Positions 17,088-26,419 of a DNA stretch of 64,000 nt are shown here, piece after piece. Both the position numbers and the translations under genes were made by a program. The DNA is taken from assembly GCA_029263295.1 (NCBI GenBank), contig JAJCXT010000090.1:390-64389 (forward strand), given 5' to 3'. The notes under the pieces are model-generated. The model ran no database searches. It had not been told where the DNA came from and saw nothing but the letters and a program-made list of their open reading frames with translations. Source of the stretch: Acidobacteriota bacterium. Its GTDB lineage: Bacteria; Acidobacteriota; UBA890; WLXD01. Position 1 is the stretch's first letter. Each line of letters begins with the position of its first letter.

Positions 17088-17292
17088 AGAGCTGCGAGCG
17101 AGCCGGGATCTCACCCAACAGGCCCTGGCCGATCTCGTGGGTGTGCGGCGAGAGACCGTCGTCTTCCTCGAACGGGGGCGCTACGTGCCCTCGCTCAAGC
17201 TCGCCCACGACGTCGCCCGCGTCTTCGAGCTCGCGATCGAAGACGTCTTCAGCTTCGAAGACGAAGCTGACACCGATTCTCCGTCCGGCTGA
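17071..17292 (+). CDS. XRE-family (YozG-like) small HTH transcriptional regulator
   Basis: The 73-aa product contains [56 protein letters not shown], a canonical Cro/C1 HTH. Confidence 0.9.
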   Translation: MKTRLKELRASRDLTQQALADLVGVRRETVVFLERGRYVPSLKLAHDVARVFELAIEDVFSFEDEADTDSPSG

Positions 17293-17414
17293 GGCAGGCC
17301 AAGTAGAGACTGTCTGGGTGGAAATTCCCGCCGGGGCCACCGGTTCCTATACCCCTACGTATGCTAGGGGATAGGATGGCAGCCATGCACGTCTCATGCG
17401 CAACCCCGAAGATC

Positions 17415-18431
17415 ATGGCCATGCTCAAGCTCCTCGGATTCTGTGCGGCCACCGCATTGCTAGCCAACGCCTGCGCCGACACGATCGAGCAACCCGATGC
17501 CGAGGCCGCGCCGATACTCACGGGAGAGTACCTCGGCCAGACACCGCCGGGACTCGTGCCGCAGCTGTTTGCCGAGGGCGTGATTTCTACCGCACTTCAC
17601 GACGACGGAGCACCGAGCTTCTCGCCTGATGGCCGCGAGGTCTACTTCCGGAAGTGGGCTGTCCCGCACGATGTCATGGGCTTCATGCGACGCGACGCGG
17701 ATCGCTGGACGGCACCGACGCTGTTCCGCGAGTTTGGTCGCTACATCGTCAGCGTGCCGATCTACAAGACCGACGGAACCGGCGCCTACTTTCTGTCACG
17801 GCGCCCGCTCGATGGCATCGGCGAGCCCGCCGACTACAACGTCTGGTACGCCGATAAGGAGACGGCCGGCTGGGGTGAACTGACTGCCCTCGGGCCGGCA
17901 TTGAACACACCCGGGAACGAATTCCCTCACTCGATCTCGGCGTCCGGGACCCTCTACCTGCAGGGCAACTACGACGACGCGCTTGGCGACTATGACATCT
18001 ACACGTCGCGTCTTATCGACGGTTCGTACGAGGCGCCGCAGAACCTCGGCGCTCCCGTGAACACGGAATTCACCGAGGCGGCGCCGTCGGTCGCGCCAGA
18101 CGAGAGTTTCATCGTGTACACGGCTGCCGGAGGCCGGGAGAGCTACGGCAGCACCGACCTGTACGTCACGTTTCGCTCGGATGACGGTGCGTGGACGCCA
18201 GGGATCAATCTCGGGCTGGAGGTCAATTCAACGGTGGAAGACAAGTTCTCGGCGCTGTCGCCCGACGGCAGGTATCTGTTCTTCGTCAGTCACAGAAACG
18301 CCGACCGGTCGTACGTGTTCTCCGACCTGACCTACGACGAGTTGATGGCCAGGAACCAGGGACCGACGAACGGCCAGGGCAGTGTCTACTGGGTTAGCAC
18401 CGAGGTCATCGACCGGGTCCGACCGCGGTGA
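17415..18431 (+). CDS. TolB-like PD40-repeat beta-propeller lipoprotein
   Basis: Lipobox is LLANAC. PD40 motifs are SFSPDGREVYF, SVAPDESFIVYT and LSPDGRYLFFVS. The start could be 17415 or 17421. Confidence 0.75.
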   Translation: MAMLKLLGFCAATALLANACADTIEQPDAEAAPILTGEYLGQTPPGLVPQLFAEGVISTALHDDGAPSFSPDGREVYFRKWAVPHDVMGFMRRDADRWTAPTLFREFGRYIVSVPIYKTDGTGAYFLSRRPLDGIGEPADYNVWYADKETAGWGELTALGPALNTPGNEFPHSISASGTLYLQGNYDDALGDYDIYTSRLIDGSYEAPQNLGAPVNTEFTEAAPSVAPDESFIVYTAAGGRESYGSTDLYVTFRSDDGAWTPGINLGLEVNSTVEDKFSALSPDGRYLFFVSHRNADRSYVFSDLTYDELMARNQGPTNGQGSVYWVSTEVIDRVRPR

Positions 18432-18440
18432 CCGAGGCAC

Positions 18441-18968
18441 TCAGCCCGCCGCTTGCCTCGGACGCACCGGCGCGACGTGATCGGCACTCTGCAACTCCTC
18501 GAGTACCAACTCGGCTGCCTCTCGGGCACCGGCTCCAGCCTCCGGTGACAGGTCGAGGCCGACCTCCTCAGGCAACTCGATCGAGACCGTGTACAAAGTG
18601 ACGTCGGCCGGTGTGCCCGTAAGGTAGAACACGTCGAGCAGATCCTTGAGACCGATATCGTGTGCTGTGAGCGTGAGCGGGTATTCAGACGAGAACCTAG
18701 GCCGCAGCCGTCGTACTGTCCCTGCCGGTGCGCCGTCGGCGGTGGCATCGATCATGATCACGCGACTGGCGCGCGACAGCGGCTCGAGCAACTGGAAGCT
18801 ACTCGTGCCGCCGTCGAGACACTCCACGCCCTCGGGCAGTTCCATTGCCTTGAGCAGTTGCACCGCGTGCACCCCGACGCCCTCGTCCCGCATCAGCGTG
18901 TTGCCGATGCCAAGCACGAGAACTCCGGCGCCGCTAGCTACGGTTTCAACCACTCTCGGCTGGCTCAT
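18441..18968 (-). CDS. hupD: [NiFe] hydrogenase maturation endopeptidase (HyaD/HupD family)
   Basis: Motifs are VLVLGIGNTLMRDEGVGVH, DGGTSSF, VIMIDA and LTAHDIGL. It overlaps the cytochrome b gene end. Confidence 0.9.
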   Translation of the reverse strand: MSQPRVVETVASGAGVLVLGIGNTLMRDEGVGVHAVQLLKAMELPEGVECLDGGTSSFQLLEPLSRASRVIMIDATADGAPAGTVRRLRPRFSSEYPLTLTAHDIGLKDLLDVFYLTGTPADVTLYTVSIELPEEVGLDLSPEAGAGAREAAELVLEELQSADHVAPVRPRQAAG

Positions 18969-19686
18969 CCGGCTCGCAAGCTTCGTCTGACTGGTCCGGC
19001 GCGGTCAAGGTGTCGACGCGGGCGAACTTCCAGCCGCCAACCATCGACGAGGTTGTCCCTCGACCTTCTACATAGTCGTGATAGAAGACGAGGTAGACGT
19101 GGATCATGGTGAAGAGGATGAAGAACCACATGGCCGCGTGGTGCCAGAACCGCACTCCCGCGTCGCCGCCGAACAGCGGCACCACCCAGACGAATAGGCT
19201 CGGGACCCATGCGTCGCTCATGCTCGCGTACAAGGCGAACCCGGTAGCGATCTGGAAGGCGTACACCAGAAAACTGACTGAGTAGGTCAGCCCGGCGAGC
19301 GCGTTGTGGCCCGACGAGAACTCGCCGCTGACCTTGGTTTGGAAGATGTCGATGCGCAATACCTCGACGATCTCGCGCCACTGCCACCTCGTGTGCGGAA
19401 TGTAGTGTCGCCAGCGCGCGTACTGGTCGCCGACGAACCCCCAGTAGATGCGCGCCACGAAGGCAACCAGGAAGATCCAGCCGGCAGCGAAGTGCACGAA
19501 GCGCACCGTGCCAAACCAGTTCTGCTGGTACGCCTCCGCCGCGTAGGCCATGCGGAAGGGGTTACCGATAACGAATCCCGTGATGGCCAGTGCCAGCACG
19601 GCAGTCGCATTCACCCAATGAAACGCCCGCACCGGGCGTTCCCACACGTAGAGCCGGAAGTAAGTCGGTGCGGCGGCTTCGATCAT
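18946..19686 (-). CDS. hupC: Ni/Fe-hydrogenase b-type cytochrome subunit (HyaC/HupC family)
   Basis: YVWERPVRAFHWVNA is present. There are four TM helices with conserved His residues (FHW, VHFAAGW, FWHHAAMWF). Confidence 0.9.
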   Translation of the reverse strand: MIEAAAPTYFRLYVWERPVRAFHWVNATAVLALAITGFVIGNPFRMAYAAEAYQQNWFGTVRFVHFAAGWIFLVAFVARIYWGFVGDQYARWRHYIPHTRWQWREIVEVLRIDIFQTKVSGEFSSGHNALAGLTYSVSFLVYAFQIATGFALYASMSDAWVPSLFVWVVPLFGGDAGVRFWHHAAMWFFILFTMIHVYLVFYHDYVEGRGTTSSMVGGWKFARVDTLTAPDQSDEACEPDEPAESG

Positions 19687-19710
19687 GTCGTTACCCTCCT
19701 TCGCACGTCG

Positions 19711-21426
19711 TTACTGGACCTGCACCTGACTGATTGGTTTGCCATCCGGATCGTAGAGATGCACCGCGCACGCGATGCACGGATCGAACGAGTGCACCGT
19801 TCGCAGGATCTCAACCGGGCTGTCCTCGTCGGCCACCGGTGTGCCGATCAACGAAGCCTCGTAGGCCGACCGCTGACCCTGCGCATCGCGCGGTGAGGCG
19901 TTCCACGTACTCGGCACGACCAGTTGGTAGTTCTCGATCTCACCATCCCGGATCTTGATCCAGTGAGCCAGCGCTCCACGCGGCGCTTCGGTAAGACCCA
20001 CACCCTGCGACGTCTCGGGCCAGGTTGATGGCTCCCAACGCTCCTGGGTGAAGGTGCCGGTGGTGCCCGACTTGATGTTGGCAATCAGGTCGTCGTAGAA
20101 GCCCTGCATCCAGTGCACGACTAGCCGCGTTTCGAGCCCGCGCGCCGCGGTACGGCCGAGGGTCGAGAACAGAGCCCCGATCGGCGCACCGAGCCTCTCG
20201 AGCGCCTCGGTGATCACGTCGCTGACCTCGGTAACCCCGCTGGCGTGTGCCACCAGCAACCGGGACAACGGCCCCACCTCCATCGCGTGACCGCGCCAGC
20301 GCGGCGTCTTGATCCACGAGTACTTGCTCTCCACATTGAGTTGATCGTAGGGAGGCTGGGGACCGGTGTAGTTGAGTTCGGTCTCGCCGTCCCAGGGATG
20401 CAGTCCCTGGTCGTCTCCCCCGCCGTACTCGTACCAGGAATGCGCGATGTACTCCTTGATCTCCTCCGTGTCGGCACCATTGACCTCGTGCACCTCGGCG
20501 AGGTTGCGATCGAGAATGGCGCCGCGCGGGAACTTGAACGAGTCAGGGTAGCCATAGCCCTGCGTTGGCAGGTCACCGTACGACAGGTAGTTCGTCAGCC
20601 CGCCGCCGTGGGCGAACCAATCCGGATAGAAGGAGGCGATCGCCAGCAGATCGGGTATGTAGACCTGCTCGACGAAAGCGATGGCCTCTTTGATCAGACT
20701 CGCCACATGGTTGAGCCGTTCGCTGTTGATCGCGTTGACCGCGTTGAGGTTGATTGAGCAGGGAACACCGCCGACCAGATAGTTGGGGTGCGGGTTCTTG
20801 CCACCGAAGATGGCGTGGATCTTGACGATCTCCTTCTGCCACTCGAGCGCTTCGAGGTAATGAGCGACCGCCAGCAGATTGACCTCTGGCGGCAGCTTGT
20901 ACTCGCGATGCCCCCAGTAGCCGTTGGCAAAGATGCCGAGTTGACCGCTCTCGACGAACGTCGTGAGTCGCTGCGCCACATCCGCAAAGTAGCCGGGCGA
21001 GGTCTTGGGCCAGTTCGACAGCGAGCGGGCGAGCCTGGAGGTCTCCGCGGGATCAGCGCTGAGCGCGCTGACCACGTCCACCCAGTCGAGTGCGTGCAGG
21101 TGATAGAAGTGGACCACATGGTCCTGCACAAACTGGCTGCAGAACATCAGGTTGCGGATGAGCTCGGCGTTGGGTGGCACGGTGATGTCGAGCGAGTCCT
21201 CGACCGCGCGAACGCTCGCGAGCGCGTGCACCGTGGTGCATACGCCACAAACTCGCTCGGTGAATGCCCACGCGTCGCGCGGGTCGCGCCCCTTGAGGAT
21301 CTTCTCGATCCCGCGCACCATCGTGCCGGAGCTGTATGCGTCGGTAATGACACCGTTCTCGACGGTAGCCTCGACGCGCAGATGGCCTTCGATACGTGTA
21401 ATGGGGTCAACGACGATACGGGCCAT
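19711..21426 (-). CDS. hupL: [NiFe] uptake hydrogenase large subunit (group 1, membrane-bound type)
   Basis: Motifs are RIEGHLRVE, RVCGVCT and C-terminal DPCIACAVH. A 15-aa tail (LYDPDGKPISQVQVQ) follows and is expected to be cleaved by the protease. The active-site ligands are Cys, not Sec. Confidence 0.95.
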   Translation of the reverse strand: MARIVVDPITRIEGHLRVEATVENGVITDAYSSGTMVRGIEKILKGRDPRDAWAFTERVCGVCTTVHALASVRAVEDSLDITVPPNAELIRNLMFCSQFVQDHVVHFYHLHALDWVDVVSALSADPAETSRLARSLSNWPKTSPGYFADVAQRLTTFVESGQLGIFANGYWGHREYKLPPEVNLLAVAHYLEALEWQKEIVKIHAIFGGKNPHPNYLVGGVPCSINLNAVNAINSERLNHVASLIKEAIAFVEQVYIPDLLAIASFYPDWFAHGGGLTNYLSYGDLPTQGYGYPDSFKFPRGAILDRNLAEVHEVNGADTEEIKEYIAHSWYEYGGGDDQGLHPWDGETELNYTGPQPPYDQLNVESKYSWIKTPRWRGHAMEVGPLSRLLVAHASGVTEVSDVITEALERLGAPIGALFSTLGRTAARGLETRLVVHWMQGFYDDLIANIKSGTTGTFTQERWEPSTWPETSQGVGLTEAPRGALAHWIKIRDGEIENYQLVVPSTWNASPRDAQGQRSAYEASLIGTPVADEDSPVEILRTVHSFDPCIACAVHLYDPDGKPISQVQVQ

Positions 21427-22547
21427 CAGTCATCCCCTCCCTCACCAATTTCCGTTTCCTGAACCGATCCGGCGATGCGTTTGTGGATCTCGCTCTGCTT
21501 GCGCACATTCGTGACGATCGCGTGCAGCGCCAGACCAGCGCCCGCTGCGACAGCCGCCGCCGCGCCTACCTTGTCGGCGGTCGACTCGATGCCGAACCCG
21601 GGGACATCTGGCAGGTGCCGGTAGAACGGCCCGTTGTCCCAGAAGTCGTCCTCGCTGCACCCGATGCAGCCGTGGCCGGACTGGATGGGATAGCTGGTGC
21701 CCTCGTTCCAGCGCGTGACCGAACAGGCGTTGTAGGTGACTGGTCCGCGGCAGCCCATCTTGTACAGGCAGTACCCCTCGCGGGCACCCTCGTCGTCCCA
21801 CGACTCGACGAACAGGCCGGCGTCGTAGAAGGGGCGCCGGTAGCAGGTATCGTGCACGCGCTTGCCGTAGAACTCGCGCGGTCGACCCCTGTTGTCCAGC
21901 TCCGGCATGCTGCCCATCACGAGCAGGTGCGTGACCACGGCGGTCATCACGTCGGCGATCGGTGGACAGCCGGGCACGTTGATCACGGGCCTGCCGATCA
22001 GCTTGTGAATCGGTGTTGCCCCTGTGGGGTTGGGGCTGGCGTTCTGAACACACCCGTTGGAAGCGCAACTGCCCCAGGCGATGACCGCGGCCGCGTCCTC
22101 TGCCGCCTCCGCGAGAATGTCCTGCGCCGTGCGGCCACCAATGGTGCAGTAGACCCCGTCGTTGCCCAGTGGCACCGAGCCTTCCACCAGCAAGATGTAC
22201 TCGCCGGGATGATTTCGCATCGTGTCGTGCAGCGCAGCCTCAGCCTGGTGGCCGGCGGCAGCTTGTAGCGTCTCGGTGTAGTCGAGCGACAGGTAGTCGA
22301 AGAGAACGTCAGCAACGACCGGGTGCGAAGAGCGAATGAACGATTCGCTGCAGCAAGTGCACTCCTGGAAATGGAGCCACACCACCGGCGGCCGAGGCCG
22401 GCTCTGGAACGCTTCCACCACACGGGGCAGACCGGCCACTCCGACTCCGGCGGTGATCGCGGCGAACCGACAGAAGTGGACGAACTCGCGGCGCGAGTAC
22501 CCCTTCGACTCCATCAACCGCCATATCGAGGCATCGGGTTTGGCCAT
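21426..22547 (-). CDS. hupS: [NiFe] uptake hydrogenase small subunit, Tat-exported, with O2-tolerant-type proximal cluster motifs
   Basis: Tat signal is SRREFVHF. Cluster ligands are ECTCCSES, GSCASNGCVQ, PGCPP and HGCIGC. A C-terminal hydrophobic anchor is present. The stop shares one nt with the hupL ATG (TGATG). Confidence 0.95.
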   Translation of the reverse strand: MAKPDASIWRLMESKGYSRREFVHFCRFAAITAGVGVAGLPRVVEAFQSRPRPPVVWLHFQECTCCSESFIRSSHPVVADVLFDYLSLDYTETLQAAAGHQAEAALHDTMRNHPGEYILLVEGSVPLGNDGVYCTIGGRTAQDILAEAAEDAAAVIAWGSCASNGCVQNASPNPTGATPIHKLIGRPVINVPGCPPIADVMTAVVTHLLVMGSMPELDNRGRPREFYGKRVHDTCYRRPFYDAGLFVESWDDEGAREGYCLYKMGCRGPVTYNACSVTRWNEGTSYPIQSGHGCIGCSEDDFWDNGPFYRHLPDVPGFGIESTADKVGAAAAVAAGAGLALHAIVTNVRKQSEIHKRIAGSVQETEIGEGGDD

Positions 22548-22669
22548 CGTTCCACTCCCCGGCGACGCCTGCGTTCGCCCTGTAGTGCTGGTGTCGTTTA
22601 GCTAGACCTGTCTCCTTGGGGTGCACCGTCCGCTCCGACCCGCTGGAGGCACTCGGGGGGCCGCGGGGA

Positions 22670-22683
22670 GCACGATTTCGTGC
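22670..22683. promoter_or_regulatory. Perfect 14-bp palindrome in the hupS/hypF divergent control region
   Basis: gcacga-tt-tcgtgc at 22670-22683. An AT-rich stretch follows (gattaacacgtaaactagataatgcgattg), then the GAGGAG SD of hypF. Confidence 0.3.
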
Positions 22684-22749
22684 CGGGAGATTAACACGTA
22701 AACTAGATAATGCGATTGTCGTATCTGTTTTAGAGGAGTATTCCGCCGT

Positions 22750-25071
22750 ATGCCGACCGCTCGAGTGCGAGTGAGGATTCGCGGAGCGGTACAGGGAGTG
22801 GGCTTTCGCCCGTACGTCTACCGGCTGGCGAAGGAGCTCGCACTTGCCGGAACCGTACGCAACGACAGCGAAGGTGTCGTCATCGACTTGGAAGGTCCGG
22901 CCAGCAACCTCGACGCGTTGCTACACGAGTTGCCACGGCAACGGCCGCCACTGGCGGTGATCCACTCGCTCGAGTCCGAGCGCCTCGAGCCGCGAGGCTG
23001 GCGCGAGCTGATTATCGAAGCCAGCGACGGTTCCGGCGGCAGGAGCGTAGCTGTACTCCCCGACGCGGCAGCCTGCCCTGCCTGCCTGGCGGAGATTCTC
23101 GATCCCGGCGACCGCCGGTATCGCTATCCATTCACCAACTGCACCGACTGCGGCCCCCGCTTCAGCATCATCCGGGAGCTGCCGTACGACCGCCCGAACA
23201 CCACGATGCGGCAGTTCGCGATGTGCCCTGAATGCGAGAGGGAGTATCAGGATCCGGCCGACCGTAGATTCCACGCCCAGCCTAACGCATGCCCGGAATG
23301 CGGGCCCCGCCTGCAGCTGCTGACTGCCAGCGGTGCCGAGCTAGCCGACGGAGACAACGTGATCGCCGCGGCCGCGGCCGCCCTGCGTCGCGGCGAGATC
23401 CTCGCCGCCAAGGGCCTCGGCGGATTCCATCTCATGGTGGATGCGACCAACGCGGAGGCGGTGGAGGAGCTACGCCGGCGCAAGGCTCGCCCTGCTAAGC
23501 CCTTCGCGCTCATGGTAGCGAGCCTCGACGAGGCTCGGGGGTTGTGCGAGGTCACCGCCGCGGAGCGTGATCTGCTGTGCTCGCCGCAGGCTCCGATCGT
23601 GCTCCTTCGCAGCCTGCCGAGCGCACGTGTTGTCGCGAGCGTGGCTCCGGGTAACCCCTGGCTTGGCATCATGCTGCCCTACACGCCCCTGCATCACTTG
23701 CTCATCGCGGCGGTCGACATCCCCGTGGTGGCCACCAGCGGCAACCTCAGCGACGAGCCCATCTGCATCGACAACGATGAGTCGCTCGAGCGGCTGGGAA
23801 CCATCGCTGACCTGTTCTTGATTCATGACCGCCCCATCCATCGTCATGTCGACGATTCGGTGGTTCGGGTCGGCCGAAGCGGGACTCAGCCACTGCGACG
23901 GGCTCGTGGGCTGGCGCCGCTGCCCATCCTGATGAGTCGCCCGGCACCGGCCGTGCTGGCGGTCGGTGGCCATCTCAAGAACACCATCGCATTGAGCGTG
24001 GGGAACTCTGTGTTCATGAGCCAGCACATAGGTGACCTGGAAACACCGCAGGCGCTCGAAGCGTTTCGCTCGGTGATCAGCGACTTCGTCTCTCTCTACA
24101 AGGCCGAACCGGTGGCAATCGCTCACGACCTGCACCCGGACTACGCGTGCACACACTGGGCGCAGGAGGCGACCGGCGATCCCGCATCACCAGTTGCGGG
24201 CGCTCGCCTCATCGGCATCCAGCATCACCATGCCCACCTTGCCTCGTGTCTGGCAGAACACCAGTGCGAGGAGCGCGCCCTCGGAGTCGTCTGGGACGGC
24301 ACCGGTTTCGGCCCGGACGGCACGATCTGGGGCGGTGAGTTTCTGCTCGGAGACGTGAACGACTTCACCCGGGCGGCCAGCCTGCGACCGTTCCGCCTTC
24401 CCGGTGGCGACGCGGCGATCAAGCGGCCAGCGGTGATCGCGGCGGCGATGCTCTGGGAGTTACGCGGCCCCGAGGCGCTGGAGCGCGTGGACCTGCCCCC
24501 CATCGCCGCGCTGAGCACGAGCGGGCGCCAGGTCCTCGACCGCATGCTCTCCAGCGGTCTGCGCTCGCCGTGGACAACCAGCGCAGGGCGTCTGTTCGAC
24601 GGCGTTGCGGCACTGATCGGCCTGCACGACCGCGTCTCGTTCGAAGGCGAGGCCGCCATGTCCCTCGAGTTCGTCGCGGACGACACCTGCCGTGACGCCT
24701 ACGCGCTGCCACTGCAAACGGGGGAACCCGAAGAACCCACGCTTCTCGACTGGCGCCCAATGCTCGAGAACATCATCGAGGACATCCGTCGCGGTGTTGC
24801 CGTGGAAACTATTGCCGGAAAGTTCCACAATGGGCTCGCGCGAGCGATCGCGGAACTGGCCTCGCTCGTCGGCGAGAGCCGGGTGGTGTTGAGCGGCGGT
24901 TGTTTTCAAAACCAACTGCTGGCCGAGCGCACGTCGCGCCTGCTCCAGGAGCGTGGGTTCGAGGTGCTGCGGCATCACCAGGTCCCCGCCAACGACGGTG
25001 GCATCAGTCTCGGGCAGCTCGCCATCGCGGCTGCGCGGCTACGCGACGGCGATTCACAGGAGGCGCAGTAG
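22750..25071 (+). CDS. hypF: Carbamoyltransferase HypF
   Basis: Acylphosphatase-like N-terminus is VRIRGAVQGVGFRPYVYR. Two zinc-finger pairs are present (CPACLAE...CTDCGPRF and CPECEREY...CPECGP). YrdC-like and Kae1-like regions follow. Confidence 0.95.
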   Translation: MPTARVRVRIRGAVQGVGFRPYVYRLAKELALAGTVRNDSEGVVIDLEGPASNLDALLHELPRQRPPLAVIHSLESERLEPRGWRELIIEASDGSGGRSVAVLPDAAACPACLAEILDPGDRRYRYPFTNCTDCGPRFSIIRELPYDRPNTTMRQFAMCPECEREYQDPADRRFHAQPNACPECGPRLQLLTASGAELADGDNVIAAAAAALRRGEILAAKGLGGFHLMVDATNAEAVEELRRRKARPAKPFALMVASLDEARGLCEVTAAERDLLCSPQAPIVLLRSLPSARVVASVAPGNPWLGIMLPYTPLHHLLIAAVDIPVVATSGNLSDEPICIDNDESLERLGTIADLFLIHDRPIHRHVDDSVVRVGRSGTQPLRRARGLAPLPILMSRPAPAVLAVGGHLKNTIALSVGNSVFMSQHIGDLETPQALEAFRSVISDFVSLYKAEPVAIAHDLHPDYACTHWAQEATGDPASPVAGARLIGIQHHHAHLASCLAEHQCEERALGVVWDGTGFGPDGTIWGGEFLLGDVNDFTRAASLRPFRLPGGDAAIKRPAVIAAAMLWELRGPEALERVDLPPIAALSTSGRQVLDRMLSSGLRSPWTTSAGRLFDGVAALIGLHDRVSFEGEAAMSLEFVADDTCRDAYALPLQTGEPEEPTLLDWRPMLENIIEDIRRGVAVETIAGKFHNGLARAIAELASLVGESRVVLSGGCFQNQLLAERTSRLLQERGFEVLRHHQVPANDGGISLGQLAIAAARLRDGDSQEAQ

Positions 25072-25332
25072 ATGTGTTTGGGTGTGCCGGGTCAGGTTGT
25101 CGAGATCACCACGGACGTGCTCGGCATGAACATGGGCAAGGTGAGCTTCGGTGGCATCGTGAAGGAGGTCTGCCTCGCCTACACCTCCAACGTGCAGGTG
25201 GGTGAATACGTGATCGTTCACGTGGGCTTTGCCATCAGTACGATCGACGAAGAGGAGGCTGGCAAGGTCTTCGAGTTGTTGCGAGAGATGGGCGACCTCG
25301 AAGAACTCGACGTCTCCCAACCCGAGGCCTGA
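25072..25332 (+). CDS. hypC: Hydrogenase assembly chaperone HypC
   Basis: The N-terminus [12 protein letters not shown] carries the essential Cys2. The product is 86 aa. The gene starts directly after the hypF TAG. Confidence 0.95.
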   Translation: MCLGVPGQVVEITTDVLGMNMGKVSFGGIVKEVCLAYTSNVQVGEYVIVHVGFAISTIDEEEAGKVFELLREMGDLEELDVSQPEA

Positions 25333-25333
25333 G

Positions 25334-26419
25334 ATGAGATTCGTCGACGAGTACCGCGGCGGCGAAGACGCCGGTAGGTTGCTCAACGCCATCCGCGGCG
25401 TGGTAACCCGACCGTGGGTCATCATGGAGATCTGCGGCGGCCAAACGCACACTCTCATCAAGGCCGGGATCGACCGTATGCTGCCGGAAGAGATCACACT
25501 CGTGCACGGGCCCGGCTGCCCGGTCTGCGTCACGCCGATGCGTCTCATCGATCAGGCGATCGCCATCGCCCGCCGGCCCGACGTCATCTTCACTTCGTTC
25601 GGCGACATGCTGCGCGTTCCCGGATCCTCGGCCGACCTGCTCAAGGTCAAGTCGGAGGGTGGCGATGTGCGCATCGTGTACTCGCCCCTCGATGCGGTGA
25701 AGATCGCGGAGGCCAACCCCGGCAAGCAGGTCGTGTTCTTCGCGGTGGGCTTCGAAACTACGGCGCCGGCGAACGCGATGGCCGTGTGGCGCGCCGAGCG
25801 CGCCGGGGTCGAGAACTTCTCGGTGCTCTGCTCACACGTACTGGTACCACCAGCCATGGAGGCGATTCTCGGGGCCCCCGACCATCGAGTTCAGGGATTC
25901 CTCGCCGCCGGGCATGTTTGCACCGTCATGGGCTACTGGGAGTACGAGCCGCTCGCGGAGCGTCATCGCATCCCGGTCATCGTCACAGGCTTCGAGCCGC
26001 TCGACCTGATCCAGGGAACCTACATGGCCGTGGCCGCTCTGGAGGAGGGTCGCCACGGCGTGGAAAACCAATACTCGCGCTCGGTGACACGCGACGGCAA
26101 CACGGCGGCACAACAGCTCATGGCCGAGGTCTTCGAGGTCACCGACCGGGAGTGGCGCGGCATCGGTATCATTCCCGACAGCGGCTACGTCCTGCGCGAG
26201 AAGTTCGTTGCGTTCGATGCCAGCCAGCGCTTCGACGTTGCCGATATCGAAGCGTCCGAATCCGAGGAGTGCATCGCGGGCTTGATCATGCAGGGTATTG
26301 AGAAGCCGAGCTCATGCCCGGCGTTCGGCACCCGCTGCACACCCGAAAAGCCACTGGGCGCGCCGATGGTATCGACGGAAGGCGCCTGCGCCGCCTACTA
26401 CCAATACGGACGTAACTGA
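25334..26419 (+). CDS. hypD: Hydrogenase maturation protein HypD
   Basis: ATG 25334 lies 1 nt after the hypC stop. Motifs are [26 protein letters not shown] and FETTAP. Confidence 0.95.
   Translation: MRFVDEYRGGEDAGRLLNAIRGVVTRPWVIMEICGGQTHTLIKAGIDRMLPEEITLVHGPGCPVCVTPMRLIDQAIAIARRPDVIFTSFGDMLRVPGSSADLLKVKSEGGDVRIVYSPLDAVKIAEANPGKQVVFFAVGFETTAPANAMAVWRAERAGVENFSVLCSHVLVPPAMEAILGAPDHRVQGFLAAGHVCTVMGYWEYEPLAERHRIPVIVTGFEPLDLIQGTYMAVAALEEGRHGVENQYSRSVTRDGNTAAQQLMAEVFEVTDREWRGIGIIPDSGYVLREKFVAFDASQRFDVADIEASESEECIAGLIMQGIEKPSSCPAFGTRCTPEKPLGAPMVSTEGACAAYYQYGRN

Noticed and set aside
19711-21426. Possibility of a [NiFeSe] hydrogenase
   Set aside because: The C-terminal active-site motif is DPCIACAVH with ordinary Cys codons, and there is no in-frame TGA in the gene.
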